From the NCBI GenBank assembly GCA_028826165.1, contig JAPDFW010000095.1, forward strand, positions 62,001 to 126,000: a stretch of DNA of 64,000 nucleotides, in the 5' to 3' direction. The notes beneath the pieces were generated by a model. It saw only the letters and a list, made by a program, of their open reading frames with translations, did not search any database and was not told the origin of the DNA. The DNA comes from Anaeramoeba ignava BMAN. Taxonomy: Eukaryota > Protista > Anaeramoebae. Shown here one piece after another: positions 13,601 to 26,358 of the stretch; position 1 is the first letter of the stretch; each line of letters begins with the position of its first letter. The translations under genes were made by a program, and so were the position numbers.

Positions 13601-14275
13601 GTGATGAGGATTCTTGGAGAGCTTGTCAAAGTGACTAACGTCGGAATTAATGACAACGTTAAGCCTTATGTAGTTAAAAATATCGGCGATTTTATCACGA
13701 AAATTTTCGCCGTTTTCGGAATTACTTCAAGTGATGATATTGGGTTTATTCAACAGCAACAAGAACTTATTTCTCCAATTATGAATATTTTTTGCTCTTT
13801 TCGTGATGAAATTCGATCCAAAATTCGATCCAAAAATTTCAACACTTTACTCGATGTTTGTGACAAGGTTCGTGATGATGATCTTCCCCTCGTTGGTATC
13901 CGTTTGGAAGACAGGACAGACCAGCCTTCTGTATGGAAATTCGATGATAAAGATGTTCTTCAAAAAGAAAGAGAACAAAAATTAAAAATGAAAAAAATGA
14001 AAGAGGAAAACAAACAAAAACAACTTCAGAAACAGCGAGAGAGAATCATGAAAGGAAAGCTGAAACCACAAGAAATGTTCTTGCATTTGACTGATAAATA
14101 CTTGAAATTTGATGAATCTGGTTTCCCTATTCTTGATATCAATGGAAATCCCTTATCTAAAAAACAAATTAAAAATCTTCAAAAACAACAAAATCAACAA
14201 AAGAAACTTCATCAAGCTTATTTAAAATTTTTAGAAGAAGAAGAAAAGGAAAAAAATAATCAAAATCAAAATTAA
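10646..14275 (+). CDS. CARS1: Cysteinyl-tRNA synthetase, cytosolic; introns 10733-11591, 11681-11757, 11855-12478 (AT-AC), 13010-13213
   Basis: Spliced product contains [19 protein letters not shown] (HIGH motif), NVTDIDDK|[55 protein letters not shown] and KMSKS. Confidence 0.96.
10790..11588 (+). repeat. Intronic 12-bp tandem repeat ATAAATTAATAA (CysRS intron 1)
   Basis: Long, nearly perfect array. It produces the spurious INLF-repeat ORF on the minus strand. Confidence 0.9.
11855..12478 (+). other. AT-AC spliceosomal intron (ATAAGT...ACAC), 624 nt, filled with AAAATT repeats
   Basis: This junction restores the conserved CysRS DIDDK-IILRSRE in frame with ORF 12557. No AG was seen between 11860 and 12495. 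Confidence 0.85.
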
Positions 14276-14361
14276 ATTTAAAATCAAAATTAAATTTAAA
14301 ATCAAAATTAAAATTAAAATTAAAATTCAAAATTATTTTTTTCATTTTTTTCTTTTTTAAA

Positions 14362-16134
14362 ATGAATGAAATTTTATTTTTTGGTTCAAATAAAGAACCA
14401 ATTCTTATCGAAAATGAACCATATCAAATAACAAAACCAATTCAATTTAAATTTAAAAATGAAAATGAAAATGAAAATGAAAATGAAAATGAAAAACAAA
14501 TTAAACAAATTTCAACAGGTTATTTTTCAACAATTTTCCTTTTTGAAAATGGAAAAGCAATAGAATATTTAAATGAAAATGATTCAAATCAAAATCCTTC
14601 AAAAATCCAAATTGAAGAAAATATTCAAAAAGTAACTGTTGGTTTTCAAAATGAAGCTATTTTAACAATAGAAGGAAATGTATTTGCCAAAGGAAAAGAT
14701 ATTAATCCAAAAAATCCAAATCAATTTATCAATATTTCATCATTAATTGAAGATAAAAATGATAGAATAATTCAAGATATTGTTTCTGGAGGTGCTTCAA
14801 TTTACTTATTAACTTCAAATCATAATGCTTATGGAATTGGTTCAAATGAATTTTGTCAACTTGGTTTTGATTCTGAAACACTTTCAAAAACAGAAAAACC
14901 AATTTTAATGATGAAAAATGTTTCTAAAATATTTTCAGGAAATGGTTCACTTTTTGTTTTTCTTTTAAATTCAAATCAAGAATTATTTGGATCAGGATAT
15001 AACCAATTTGGTCAAGTTGGATTAGGAGAATCAAGAATAGAAGAAATAATCCAAAAATTAACCAAAATCCAAAATATTCCAAAAGGCAAAATAATTGATA
15101 TTAAATGTGGATACATTCATTCAATAATGTTGATTGAAAATGAAAATCCAAAAAGAAAACTTTATTCATGTGGAGATTATCTATTTAATGGACTTGGTCA
15201 AAGATATCAAAATACTTATGAATTTACTGAAATCAAATCATCTTTATTTGAAAATGATGATGATATTCTTGATTTTTCTGTTGGACATTTATATACTTTG
15301 ATTTTAACTTCAAAAGGGAAATTAATTATATTTGGTGATAATTCTTATGGTCAATTAGGAACTGGAGATACAAATAATCAATTAATTCCATTTCAAATTG
15401 AACTTCCTAAATTAAAATTTAATGAAAATATTTTCAATTATCATATTTCTTGTGGATATGAAAGTTCATTTCTTTATTATTCTCCTTCTTTTTCTAATCT
15501 TGAAGAAGATTTGATAAATTTATTTAGAAGAAAAGAATTTTGTGATATTTCATTTAAAACAGAAAATGGAGAAATAATCAAAGTTCATAAATTAATATTG
15601 AAATATAGATTAAATCAAAATGAAAATGAAATTGAAAAACTTCAAGAAATTATTTCAAATAAATCAATTAAAGAATCTAATCAAATATTTGAAATGATTT
15701 ATTCAAACAGAATAATAAATCCAAAATTATATTCTGAAATTAAAGAAATTATAAATTCAAATGAAAAAATTGAAGAAACAATGAAAAGAATTTATTTAAA
15801 TGAAAATGAAAATGAAAATGAAAAAGATTTTATAATTGAAAGAAAAGAAAAACAATATAAATTTCCAAAATTAATATTAATAATGAGAAGTGAATTATAT
15901 CGAGGAATGTTATCTGTAACTGAAGATAAATCTAATAAAGTTACAGATTATAGTGAATTAAGTAATAAATCATTTCAAATATTTGAATATTGGATTTATT
16001 CAAATCAAATCAAAGAAGGAATTCAAATTACACAAGAAATAATTAATGAACTAGAAACTGGAATTGATTATTTTCAATTAAATCAAACAAATCCAAATTT
16101 ATTTGATTTATTAATTAAGCAATTTAAAAATTAA
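14362..16134 (+). CDS. RCC1/BLIP-II beta-propeller + tandem BTB/POZ protein, copy A
   Basis: RCC1 repeats (GxNxxGQLG, CGxxHS, VGxxHTLILT). BTB-like FCDISFKTENGEIIKVHKLILKYR and a second BTB DFII...YKFPKLILIMRSELYRGM. Intronless. Confidence 0.85.
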   Translation: MNEILFFGSNKEPILIENEPYQITKPIQFKFKNENENENENENEKQIKQISTGYFSTIFLFENGKAIEYLNENDSNQNPSKIQIEENIQKVTVGFQNEAILTIEGNVFAKGKDINPKNPNQFINISSLIEDKNDRIIQDIVSGGASIYLLTSNHNAYGIGSNEFCQLGFDSETLSKTEKPILMMKNVSKIFSGNGSLFVFLLNSNQELFGSGYNQFGQVGLGESRIEEIIQKLTKIQNIPKGKIIDIKCGYIHSIMLIENENPKRKLYSCGDYLFNGLGQRYQNTYEFTEIKSSLFENDDDILDFSVGHLYTLILTSKGKLIIFGDNSYGQLGTGDTNNQLIPFQIELPKLKFNENIFNYHISCGYESSFLYYSPSFSNLEEDLINLFRRKEFCDISFKTENGEIIKVHKLILKYRLNQNENEIEKLQEIISNKSIKESNQIFEMIYSNRIINPKLYSEIKEIINSNEKIEETMKRIYLNENENENEKDFIIERKEKQYKFPKLILIMRSELYRGMLSVTEDKSNKVTDYSELSNKSFQIFEYWIYSNQIKEGIQITQEIINELETGIDYFQLNQTNPNLFDLLIKQFKN

Positions 16135-16672
16135 AATCAAAATTAAAATTAAAATTAAAATCAAAATTAAAATCAAAATTAAAATTAAAATTAAAATTAA
16201 AATTAAAATTAAAATTAAAATTAAAATTAAAATTAAAATTATAATTAAAATCAAAATTAAAATAAAAATCAAAAATTAAAATTAAAATTAAAATTAAAAA
16301 TTAAAATTAAAATTAAAATCAAAATCAAAATTAAAATTAAAATTAAAATTAAAATTAAAATTAAAATTAAAATTAAAATTTAAAATTAAAATTAAAATTA
16401 AAAATTAAAATTAAAATTAAAATTAAAATCAAAATTAATATTAAAATTCAAAATCAATATTAAAATCAAAATCAAAATTAAAATAAAAATTAAAATTAAA
16501 ATCAAAATCAAAATTAAAATCAAAAATTAAAATTAAAATTAAAATCAAAATCAAAATTAAAATTAAAATAAAATTAAAATTAAAATTAAAATTAAAATTA
16601 AAATTAAAATTAAAATTAAAATTAAAATTAAAATTAAAATTAAAATTAAAATTAAAATTAAAATTAAAATTA
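16135..16672 (+). repeat. (AAAATT/AAAATC)n hexamer microsatellite
   Basis: Direct reading. Starts at the stop codon of copy A. Confidence 0.9.
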
Positions 16673-16735
16673 ATAAATTAAAAAATCATTTTTCATTTTT
16701 CATTTTCTTTTGTTTTAAATTTCAAAAAAAAAAAA

Positions 16736-17857
16736 ATGGAGGATATTGAAACATTAGTAATTGACAATGGTTCAGGAATGATAAAAGCAGGATTTGCAGG
16801 AGATGATGCACCTCGAGCAGTTTTCCCAACGATAATAGGAAAACCAAAATATTTAGCAGTTATGGTTGGAATGGGACATAAATATTCATATATCGGAGAT
16901 GAAGCTCAAGCAAGAAGGGGATTATCAAATATATCATACCCAATCGAACATGGAATAGTGAGAAATTGGGAAGATATGGAAAAAATATGGCATCATACAT
17001 TTTATAATGAATTAAGAGTAGCTCCTGAAGAACATCCTCTTTTAATAACTGAACATCCGTTTAATCCAAAAAGAAACCGAGAGAAAATGACCCAAATCAT
17101 GTTTGAAACATTTAATATCCCTGCTTTTTATGTTGCTATTCCAGGAATATTATCCGCTTTTGCTTCAGGAAGAAATACTACAATCAACATTGAATTGGGT
17201 GATGGAGTTTTTTATGCCTTTCCAAATAGTAGTTCATTTGCTTCACTTCATTCAATCACAAGAATGAATTTCGGAGGAAGAGATATAACCGATTATCTTA
17301 TGGATTTGCTCACAGAAAACGGTTTATTTTTTGAAACAACTGGCGATCGAGAAACTGTCAGAGATATTAAAGAAAAACTTTGTTATGTTGCTTATGATTT
17401 TGACGAAGAAATCCAAATTTCGTCTGAAAATTCATCCATTGAAAAATCTTATGAATTGCAGGATGGTCAACTTATTACTCTTGGAGATCAAAGGTTTAGA
17501 TGTGCAGAGGCATTGTTTCAACCAAAATTAATCGGAAGAGAAAACAAAGGAATTCATCAAATGATTTTTGATACCATTTCAAAAACTGATATTGATCTCC
17601 AAAGTTTGCTTTTTAATAATATTTATTTGACTGGAGGAACTTCAATGTTTCCAGGTATTGCTGATAGAATCCAAAAGGAAATCTCTAAATTAGCTCCAAA
17701 TGTTAAGGTTAATGTTCTTGCTGTTCCTGAAAGAAAATATTCTGTTTGGATTGGTGGATCTATTTTGGGTTCTCTTTCCACTTTCCAAGATAAATGGATT
17801 TCAAAAGAAGAATATGAAGATGTTGGTCCAACTATTTCTCATTCAAAATGTTTATAA
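16736..17857 (+). CDS. Divergent actin
   Basis: 373 aa with [61 protein letters not shown]. Full-length and intronless, but residues ~137-180 are strongly diverged. Confidence 0.92.
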   Translation: MEDIETLVIDNGSGMIKAGFAGDDAPRAVFPTIIGKPKYLAVMVGMGHKYSYIGDEAQARRGLSNISYPIEHGIVRNWEDMEKIWHHTFYNELRVAPEEHPLLITEHPFNPKRNREKMTQIMFETFNIPAFYVAIPGILSAFASGRNTTINIELGDGVFYAFPNSSSFASLHSITRMNFGGRDITDYLMDLLTENGLFFETTGDRETVRDIKEKLCYVAYDFDEEIQISSENSSIEKSYELQDGQLITLGDQRFRCAEALFQPKLIGRENKGIHQMIFDTISKTDIDLQSLLFNNIYLTGGTSMFPGIADRIQKEISKLAPNVKVNVLAVPERKYSVWIGGSILGSLSTFQDKWISKEEYEDVGPTISHSKCL

Positions 17858-17913
17858 AAACTAAAATTCCAAAAATTATTTTTTTCATTTTTTCATTTTT
17901 TTACTTTTCAAAA

Positions 17914-19747
17914 ATGAATGAAATTATATTTTTTGGTTTAAATTATAAACCAATTCTTATCAAAAATGAACCAGATATAATAACAAAAACCAATTCAATT
18001 TAAATTTGAAAATGAAAATGAAAATGAAAATGAAAATGAAAATGAAAATGAAAATGAAAATGAAAATGAAAATGAAAAACAAATTAAACAAATTTCATCA
18101 GGAATATTTTCAACAATTTTCCTTTTTAAAAATGGAAAAGCAATAGAATATTTAAATGAAAATGATTCAAATAAAAATCCTGAAAAAATCCAAATTGAAA
18201 ATATTCAAAAAGTAACTGTTGGTAATCGAAATGAAGCTATTTTAACAATAGAAGGAAATGTATTTGCTAAAGGAAATGATATTAATCCAAAAAATCCAAA
18301 TAAATTTATCAATATTTCATCATTAATTGAAGATAAAAATGATAGAATAATCCAAGATATTGTTTCTGGAAATAGTTCAATTTACTTATTAACTTCAAAT
18401 CAAAATGTTTATGGAATTGGTTCAAATGATAACGGTCAACTTGGTTTTGATTCTGAAACACTTCCAAAAACAGAAAAACCAATTTTAATGATGAAAAATG
18501 TTTCTAAAATATTTTCAGGAAATTCTTCAATTCATGTTTTTCTTTTAAATTCAAATCAAGAATTATTTGGATGCGGATGGAATCGACATGGTCAACTTGG
18601 ATTAGGAGAATCAAGAAAAGAAGAAACAGAAATCCAAAAATTAACCAAAATCCAAAATATTCCAAAAGGTAAAATAATTGATATTCAATGTGGATACATT
18701 CATTCAATAATGTTGATTGAAAATGAAAATCAAAATCAAAATCAAAATCCAAAAAGAAAACTTTATTCATGTGGAGATTATCAATATAATGGACTTGGCA
18801 AATATGAAAATACTTATGAATTTACTGAAATCAAATCATCTTTATTTGAAAATGATGAAAATATTATTGATTTTTCTGTTGGATTCGATCATACTTTGAT
18901 TTTAACTTCCAAAAGAAAATTGATTGCATTTGGGCATAATTTTTATGGTGAATTAGGAACTGGAACTACTTCTTTAAATCAATATATTCCAATTCAAATT
19001 GAACTTCCTAAATTAAAATTTAATGAAAATATTTCTAATTATCATCTTTCTTGTGGATTTCGAAAATCATTTCTTTATTATTCTCCTTTTCTTTCTCCTT
19101 TTTCCAATCTTGAAGAAGATTTGATAAAATTATTTGAAAGAAAAGAATTTTGTGATATTTCATTTAAAACCAAAAATGGAGAAATAATTGAAGCTCATAA
19201 ATTAATATTGAAATATAGATTAAATCAAAATGAAAATCAAATTGAAAAACTTCAAGAAATTATTTCAAGTAAATCAATTAAAGAATCAAATCAAATATTT
19301 GAAATGATTTATTCAAACAGAATAATAAATCCAATATTATATTCTGAAATTAAAGAAATTATAAATTTAAATGAAAAAATTGAAGAAACAATGAAAAGAA
19401 TTTATTTAAATGAAAATGAAAATGAAAATGAAAAAGATTTTATTATTGAAAGAAAAGAAAAGAAATATAAATTTCCAAAATTAATATTAATAATGAGAAG
19501 TGAATTATATCGAGGAATGTTTTTATCTGTAACAGAAGATAAATCTAAATAAAGTTACAGATTATAGTGAATTAAGTAATAAATCATTTCAAATATTTGA
19601 ATATTGGATTTATTCAAATCAAATTAAAGAAGAAATTCAAATTACAAAAGAAATAATTAATGAACTGAAACTGGAATTGATTATTTTCAATTAAATCAAA
19701 CAAATCCAAATTTATTTGATTTATTAATTAATCAATTTAAAAATTAA
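17914..19747 (+). CDS. RCC1-BTB protein, copy B (frameshifts near 17985, 19545, 19668; assembly error or pseudogene)
   Basis: Colinear with copy A from MNEIIFFG to LFDLLINQFKN. Single-base indels in A/T runs. Confidence 0.75.
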
Positions 19748-19971
19748 AATCAAAATCAAATTTAAATTAAAATTAAAATTAAAATTAAAATTAAAATTAA
19801 AATAAAAATCAAAATCAAAATTAAAAATTAAAATTAAAATTAAAATTAAAATTAAAATTAAAATTAAAATTAAAATTAAAATTAAAATTAAAATTAAAAT
19901 CAAAATTAAAATTAAAATTAAAATTAAAATTAAAATCAAAAATTATTTTTTCATTTTTTTTCTTTTTAAAA

Positions 19972-21990
19972 ATGAATGAAATTTTATTTTTTGGTTTAAA
20001 TCAAAATCCAAAACTTTTAAAAAATGAATCAAATAAAATAACAAAACCAATTCAATTTAAATTTGAAAACGAAAATGAAAATGAAAATGAAAATGAAAAT
20101 GAAAATGAAAAACAAATTAAACAAATTTCATCAGAAGATTTTGGAACAATTTTCCTTTTTGAAAATGGAAAAGCAATAGAATATTTAAATGATTTAAATC
20201 CAAATCCTGAAAAAATTCAAATTGAAAATATTCAAAAAGTAACTGTTGGTAATCGAAATGAAGCTATTTTAACAATAGAAGGAAATGTATTTGCCAAAGG
20301 AGAAGATATTAATTCAAAAAATCCAAATGAATTTATCAATATTTCATCATTAATTGAAGATCCAAATGATAGAATAATTCAAGATATTGTTTCTGGAGCT
20401 GTTTCAATTTACTTATTAACTTCAAATCAAAATGTTTATGGAATTGATTCAAATGAATATGGTCAACTTGGTTTTGATTCTAAAACACTTCCAAAAACAG
20501 AAAAACCAATTTTAATGATGAAAAATGTTTCTAAAATATTTTCAGGAAATTCTTCAATTCATGTTTTTCTTTTAAATTCAAATCAAGAATTATTTGGATG
20601 CGGATATAACCAATTTGGACAAATTGGATTAGGAAAATCAAGAAAAGAAGAAACAAAAATCCAAAAATTAACTAAAATCCAAAATATTCCAAAAGGCAAA
20701 ATAATTGATATTAAATGTGGAAATCATCATTCAATAATGTTGATTGAAAATGAAAATGAAAATCCAAAAAGAAAACTTTATTCATGTGGAGATTATCTAT
20801 CTAATGGATTTGGCAAAAATGAAGATCAAAATACTTATGAATTTACTGAAATCAAATCATCTTTATTTGAAAATGATGAAAATATTATTGATTTTTCTGT
20901 TGGATGTTTTCATACTTTGATTTTAACTTCAAATTCAAAATTAATAGGGTTTGGAAACAATAGATATGGTGAATTAGGAACTGGAAATACAAAAGATCAA
21001 TTTATTCCAATTCAAATTGAACTTCCTAAATTAAGATTTAATGAAGAAATTTCTAATTATCATATTTATTGTGGATATGACAGATCATTTCTTTATTATT
21101 CTCCTCCTTCTTTTTCTAATCTTGAAGAAGATTTGATAAAACTATTTAGAAGAAAAGAATTTTGTGATATTTCATTTAAAACCAAAAATGGAGAAATAAT
21201 CAAAGCTCATAAATTAATATTAAAATACAGATTAAATCAAAATCAAAATGAAATTGAAAAACTTCAAGAAATTATTTCAAGTAAATCAATTAAAGAATCA
21301 AATCAAATATTTGAAATGATTTATTCAAACAATTCCAATATAAATCCAAAATTATATTCTGAAATTAAAGAAATTATAAATTCAAATGAAAAAATTGAAG
21401 AAACAATGAAAAAAATTTATTTAAATGAAAATGAAAATGAAAATGAAAAAGATTTTATAATTGAAAGAAAAGAAAAACAATATAAATTTCCAAAATTAAT
21501 ATTAATAATGAGAAGTGAATTATATCGAGGAATGTTTTTATCTGTAACAGAAGATAAATCTAATAAAGTTACAGATTATAGTGAATTAAGTAATAAATCA
21601 TTTCAAATATTTGAATATTGGATTTATTCAAATCAAATTAAAGAAGAAATTCAAATTACACAAGAAATTATTGATGAAATTCAAATTGGAATTGATTATT
21701 TTCAAATAAATCAAACAAATCCAAATTTATTTGATTTATTAATTAATAAAATTAAAATCAAAATTAAAATCAAAATTAAAATTAAAATTAAAATTAAAAT
21801 TAAAATTAAAATTAAAATTAAAATTAAAATTAAAATTAAAATTAAAATTAAAATTAAAATTAAAATTAAAATTAAAATTAAAATTAAAATTAAAATTAAA
21901 ATTAAAATTAAAATTAAAATTAAAATTAAAATTAAAATTAAAATTAAAATTAAAATTAAAATTAAAATTAAAATTAAAATAAAAAATTAA
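19972..21990 (+). CDS. RCC1-BTB protein, copy C (reading frame runs into the AAAATT repeat after ~21750)
   Basis: Colinear paralogue. The poly-IK tail is the microsatellite read in frame. Confidence 0.8.
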   Translation: MNEILFFGLNQNPKLLKNESNKITKPIQFKFENENENENENENENEKQIKQISSEDFGTIFLFENGKAIEYLNDLNPNPEKIQIENIQKVTVGNRNEAILTIEGNVFAKGEDINSKNPNEFINISSLIEDPNDRIIQDIVSGAVSIYLLTSNQNVYGIDSNEYGQLGFDSKTLPKTEKPILMMKNVSKIFSGNSSIHVFLLNSNQELFGCGYNQFGQIGLGKSRKEETKIQKLTKIQNIPKGKIIDIKCGNHHSIMLIENENENPKRKLYSCGDYLSNGFGKNEDQNTYEFTEIKSSLFENDENIIDFSVGCFHTLILTSNSKLIGFGNNRYGELGTGNTKDQFIPIQIELPKLRFNEEISNYHIYCGYDRSFLYYSPPSFSNLEEDLIKLFRRKEFCDISFKTKNGEIIKAHKLILKYRLNQNQNEIEKLQEIISSKSIKESNQIFEMIYSNNSNINPKLYSEIKEIINSNEKIEETMKKIYLNENENENEKDFIIERKEKQYKFPKLILIMRSELYRGMFLSVTEDKSNKVTDYSELSNKSFQIFEYWIYSNQIKEEIQITQEIIDEIQIGIDYFQINQTNPNLFDLLINKIKIKIKIKIKIKIKIKIKIKIKIKIKIKIKIKIKIKIKIKIKIKIKIKIKIKIKIKIKIKIKIKIKIKIKIKIKIKIKN

Positions 21991-22031
21991 TAAAAATTTT
22001 TTTCATTTTTTTCCTTTCTTAAAAATATTCA

Positions 22032-25000
22032 ATGTTCCAATTCTTAAACATAAAAAACATTTCTGAAATATCACCAACATCACCAAGAATACAATTCACA
22101 TCAGTAGCAATATCTAGCACAAGAATTGTAATAGGAACCAACACTGGAAGCGTATTTTATTATTCGAGAAAAAAACCACATCATTTAATAGGAATGTTTA
22201 CAGTTGAAAAAACTGGAGAAAAAATAAGATTACTAAACTTTAGCCCAGATGAACTAATGATTGCTTTCACTTCAGGAAAGCAAAATTTAAATGTTGTCAA
22301 GTTTATTTCTGAGGGAAAAAAGGAGCAGATTGTTCTGCATAATATCAACACAGAAAATGCTATTACATCCCTTGTTTGGAGCGATTCTTCACAGTATTTA
22401 TATTATGGGGATGAAAAAGGAGCTATTTATATTAGCAAAATTGCAGGCAAAAAAAGACTTGGGAATTTTAAAAAAAAAGCAAATAAAGATTTTGCCATTT
22501 TTCAAACAGACTCAAAAATTGTTCAAATGGATTTTTCTCAGGATAATCTGCTGGTTTCATCGCTTACAAAAGCAATACTAATACAAACACTTCCCATTCC
22601 AAAAAACAAAAACGACTTCCATTTAAACGAACCGATCCAAATTGGATCCAAACTTAGAGAAGGAGCATTTGGCGCTTGTTTTAGTGCAAATCCTAACGAG
22701 CTGCCTATTGTTATTGCAAGTCGACCCGGATATCGAGTCTGGGTCGCTGATAAAATCACAGGCAAAGTCTTGCAAACAATCAATTTCCGCAAGGCTTTTG
22801 AAAAAACCCAAGAATCAACTGTAGAATCAATTGAAAATCAAATAGAAATCGATCAAGATCTCCCCAACGATCTGTTTTTTAAATTCCAGGCTAAAAAATC
22901 TTCCCATTTTGGAAAGCTTTTTTTGATTGATAATTTTATCATTTCCTTTGGAAAGAAATCAGGAATCGCGATTCTTGATTTGACAAAGGCTTCCGTTCTT
23001 TTCCACTCTTCAAATACAACCATTTTGTCTTCAAGTTTCTTCAAAAATTCAGCCTTTATTTTATTCAGAAAGGACAAAACAACGCAACTCACACAATTTA
23101 AATTCCAATCAGCAAATAATTGGCTGAAGAAGCAAGAAAAACAAGTTTTTGATTTCAAATCATTTGATTTCGTTTCTCAAGAATTTTCCAACTCGCCAAA
23201 CTTCGAGGAAAAAGTGTTGCGTATTTTAAGCGTTATTGAGAAATACAAAATCAAGGAATTCACCTTGTTGATGAATTTCCACAAATTCTTGTCAAAGCAC
23301 GAGGATCTCAATGAATCCCTGTCTAAAAATCAGCAAATTATTCAATTTCAACATTTGGTTGAAAATTTGGAAAAGGAAAAGAAAAAAGAAGAAGAAGAAA
23401 GAATGAGAATTGAAAAGGAAAAGCAAGAAAAGAAAAGCAAGAACGCGAGGAAAGAGAGAGAAGAGAAAGAGAAGAGCGCCAAAAACAAGAAAAAGAAAGG
23501 CAGGAACGCGAGGAAAAGGAGAGACAAGAACGCGAAGAAAGGGAAAAGAAAGAAAGAGAGGAAAAAGAAAGAAAAGAAAAAGAAAAAAGAGAGAAAAAGG
23601 AGCAAAAACGAATTGAAAAGGAAAGAAAAAAGAAGGAAAAGAAGGAAAAGAAGGAAAGAGAAGCACTATTAAAAAAGGAAAAGGAAAAGGAAGAAAAATT
23701 GAAAAAAGAAGCACAAGCCAAAAAAACAACTCTCATTTCAATAGATTCTCCAACTCAATCACAACAACAACAAAGCACACTCTCAAAATCTAAATCAAAA
23801 TCAGAGTCAGAATCAGAACCAGAAACCCAACTTAAATCTCAATCCAAATTAGATTCAAAAATACAATCTCAATCACAACTCAAAACTCAGGAATTCATCC
23901 CTAATGATTTTTTACGCGAATTGGAAAATTCAATTCAACCCCAATTTATTGTTCAATCTGATGAACAGAAATCCAAATCAGATCTTGAAAAGTCGCAAAA
24001 TGAAAATTTACAACAAGATCAAACAGTTAACAATGAGGAAATTTCTGTTAAAAAAAACTCAATCAACGAAAAAGAATCCAATCAACTTTTGGAAAAGGAA
24101 AGTGAATCAATTCTTGCGAATCAATCTGACAAAAATACAAACACAACAACAATACAATTTGCAGAAAATCATCGTAAAACCAAGTCTCAAGAAGATATCC
24201 AAAAAATTCGGCCGCAAACTTCTTCAACTCCAAATATCAACGATTTATCCAAGAAATTAAAAGAACAAGAAGAAGAAAAAGAACGAGAAATGAAACGAAA
24301 AAAGCAAGAAATGATCACGCAATTCCAGCAACAAATGAACAAATATTCCAAGCAAATTTCAGATCTTTCACAAAGAATCATTCAAGGATGGAGAAATCAA
24401 TCAAATCAATTTGATTTCCGAGTTCCCGATCATGTTAATTTATCAAGCCAGTCAGATATCATGATCTGGATGGAAAAACTCGAAAGATTCCGCAAGTTTC
24501 TTTCCTCTCCACAAGTTCCGTTACCCCAAGAAATTAGCCTCACTGAGGCTCATGAACCCACAGATGACGATATCATCATATGCACTTTTCATTTCCAGAA
24601 ATATCTTTATTCGCTTGAAAACAATGAATCTTTGAAAACAAAAGGAAGACATCGACTCAAATATTATTGATTGGATCGCAAAATATTTGGATTTTGTTGA
24701 TTTTGATAAAGTGTTCCAAATTTGCAACTCAAAATTATTCTCCAAATCAATTGATTTTTTGATTAAACAGAAATTTGAGTCAACAAACACATCGATAACA
24801 ATAAACAACATGTTGAAACAGCAGAGCAAATCAATAGCTCCTGTTTTGAAAATCATTGATGATTCTGGGACTGCATATTATCTCTATCATTTCTTAGTCA
24901 CTTTGCTGAATTTAAATTGGAAAGAAACCGCCAAAAGATGCGCTTTATTTTATCCAATTATTCTGCCATTTAATATCAAAAAAACGTTGTTGAAAAATAG

Positions 25001-26171
25001 CGGCAATATAAAAAACGAGCATTATTATGAGGTGCTTATTTTTTATTATAATGCTCTTTTTTGTAATGACAAAAAAATCCATCTCAGAAAAAATCAAGTC
25101 TTGGTTCATTCTTTGATCAAATGCTTATTACTTCACAAACTTCCTGCAAAAGAGAAGATATTTGATTCAACAAACTCTTATCCTCAAAAGGATTCTCTGC
25201 TGATTAAATGGGTTCATGATCAAGAAATTGAGGATTTGGTTTTTAGTAATAAATATCATTTCAATTTCAACGGAAAATTGCATCATTTATTACTTCATTT
25301 TTCATTATCAAAAATCAGACAAATGTTCCAGAAATTTGGATATTTCAAAGGTTTAATTCGTCTGTATCTTTTTGAACACAATTATATTGAAGCTGAGAAA
25401 ATCTCACTTTTTTCAAATGATTTGGAAACTTTATCAAAAATTATTGGAAAGCATTATTTGCATAACAATTTCCAAGATATCCATAAATTACTTAATGATT
25501 TCCCGTTATTTTCAAGTAAAAATCCCGAATCACAAAATTTATCAAATTCTGTTGTTTTAGAGCTTATGAAACATGTTAGTTCTTTTATTATTTTGGATAT
25601 TCTCCAAGAATCACCTGATTTTACAAATAATCTTCAACCTATAATTTTCCAAAAAATTCTTTCACAAGCAAAATTATTATTTGAACAAAGAAAAGTTTTA
25701 TACAACTTGATTCAAATCTCTTCAGAACATATTTGGACAATCCAAACAAATACAATTTGCTCACAAATTTCACGAGTTAAAGATTTAGAATTAATGTTAT
25801 CAAAATCGAAAATTGACTATCAAAATCAAATTGAAAAAATGAAAACAGATTCAAATATAAATTCAAATGAAAATCAAAATCAAAATCAAAATCAAAATCA
25901 AAATCAAAAACAAGGAAAACAATTGATAGAATTACAACAAATGGTTGATGGTCATCAATTTCCTGTTAAAGAAAGTTTTTTAAGTTCAAGAGATCATTGG
26001 GGAAGAATTGTTAATGTTGGTTCAAGTGTTTTATGTCCTGTTTGTCAACTTCCTATTCTTCCAAAAAGTGGAACTGATATTATTGTTTTCAAATGTGGTC
26101 ATGTTTATCATAAAGGTTGTGTTCATGATTCTTGTGTTATTTGCTTTACTCAAAATTATTCTTTTTTTTAA
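22032..26171 (+). CDS. HPS5/TECPR2-like WD40 protein with charged linker, helical region and C-terminal RING-type zinc finger (frameshifted near 23400-23670 and ~24640)
   Basis: IGSKLREGAFGACF and ASRPGYRVWVAD resemble the HPS5/TECPR2 propeller motifs. C-terminal CPVC...FKCGHVYHKGC...CVIC. Three consecutive ORFs join across homopolymer indels. Confidence 0.7.
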
Positions 26172-26358
26172 TATTTGAAAGAAGATTTCAAAAAAAGTCA
26201 AAAATTTAATTCAATAAAAAAAAACAAAATTTTGAATTTTGAATTTTGAATTTTTTAATTTGAATTTGGATTAAAAAGAAAATAAAAGAAGAATTTGAAT
26301 TAAAAAAGAATTTGAATTAAAAAGAAAAAAGAAGAATTTGAATTAAAAAAGGGAAAAT

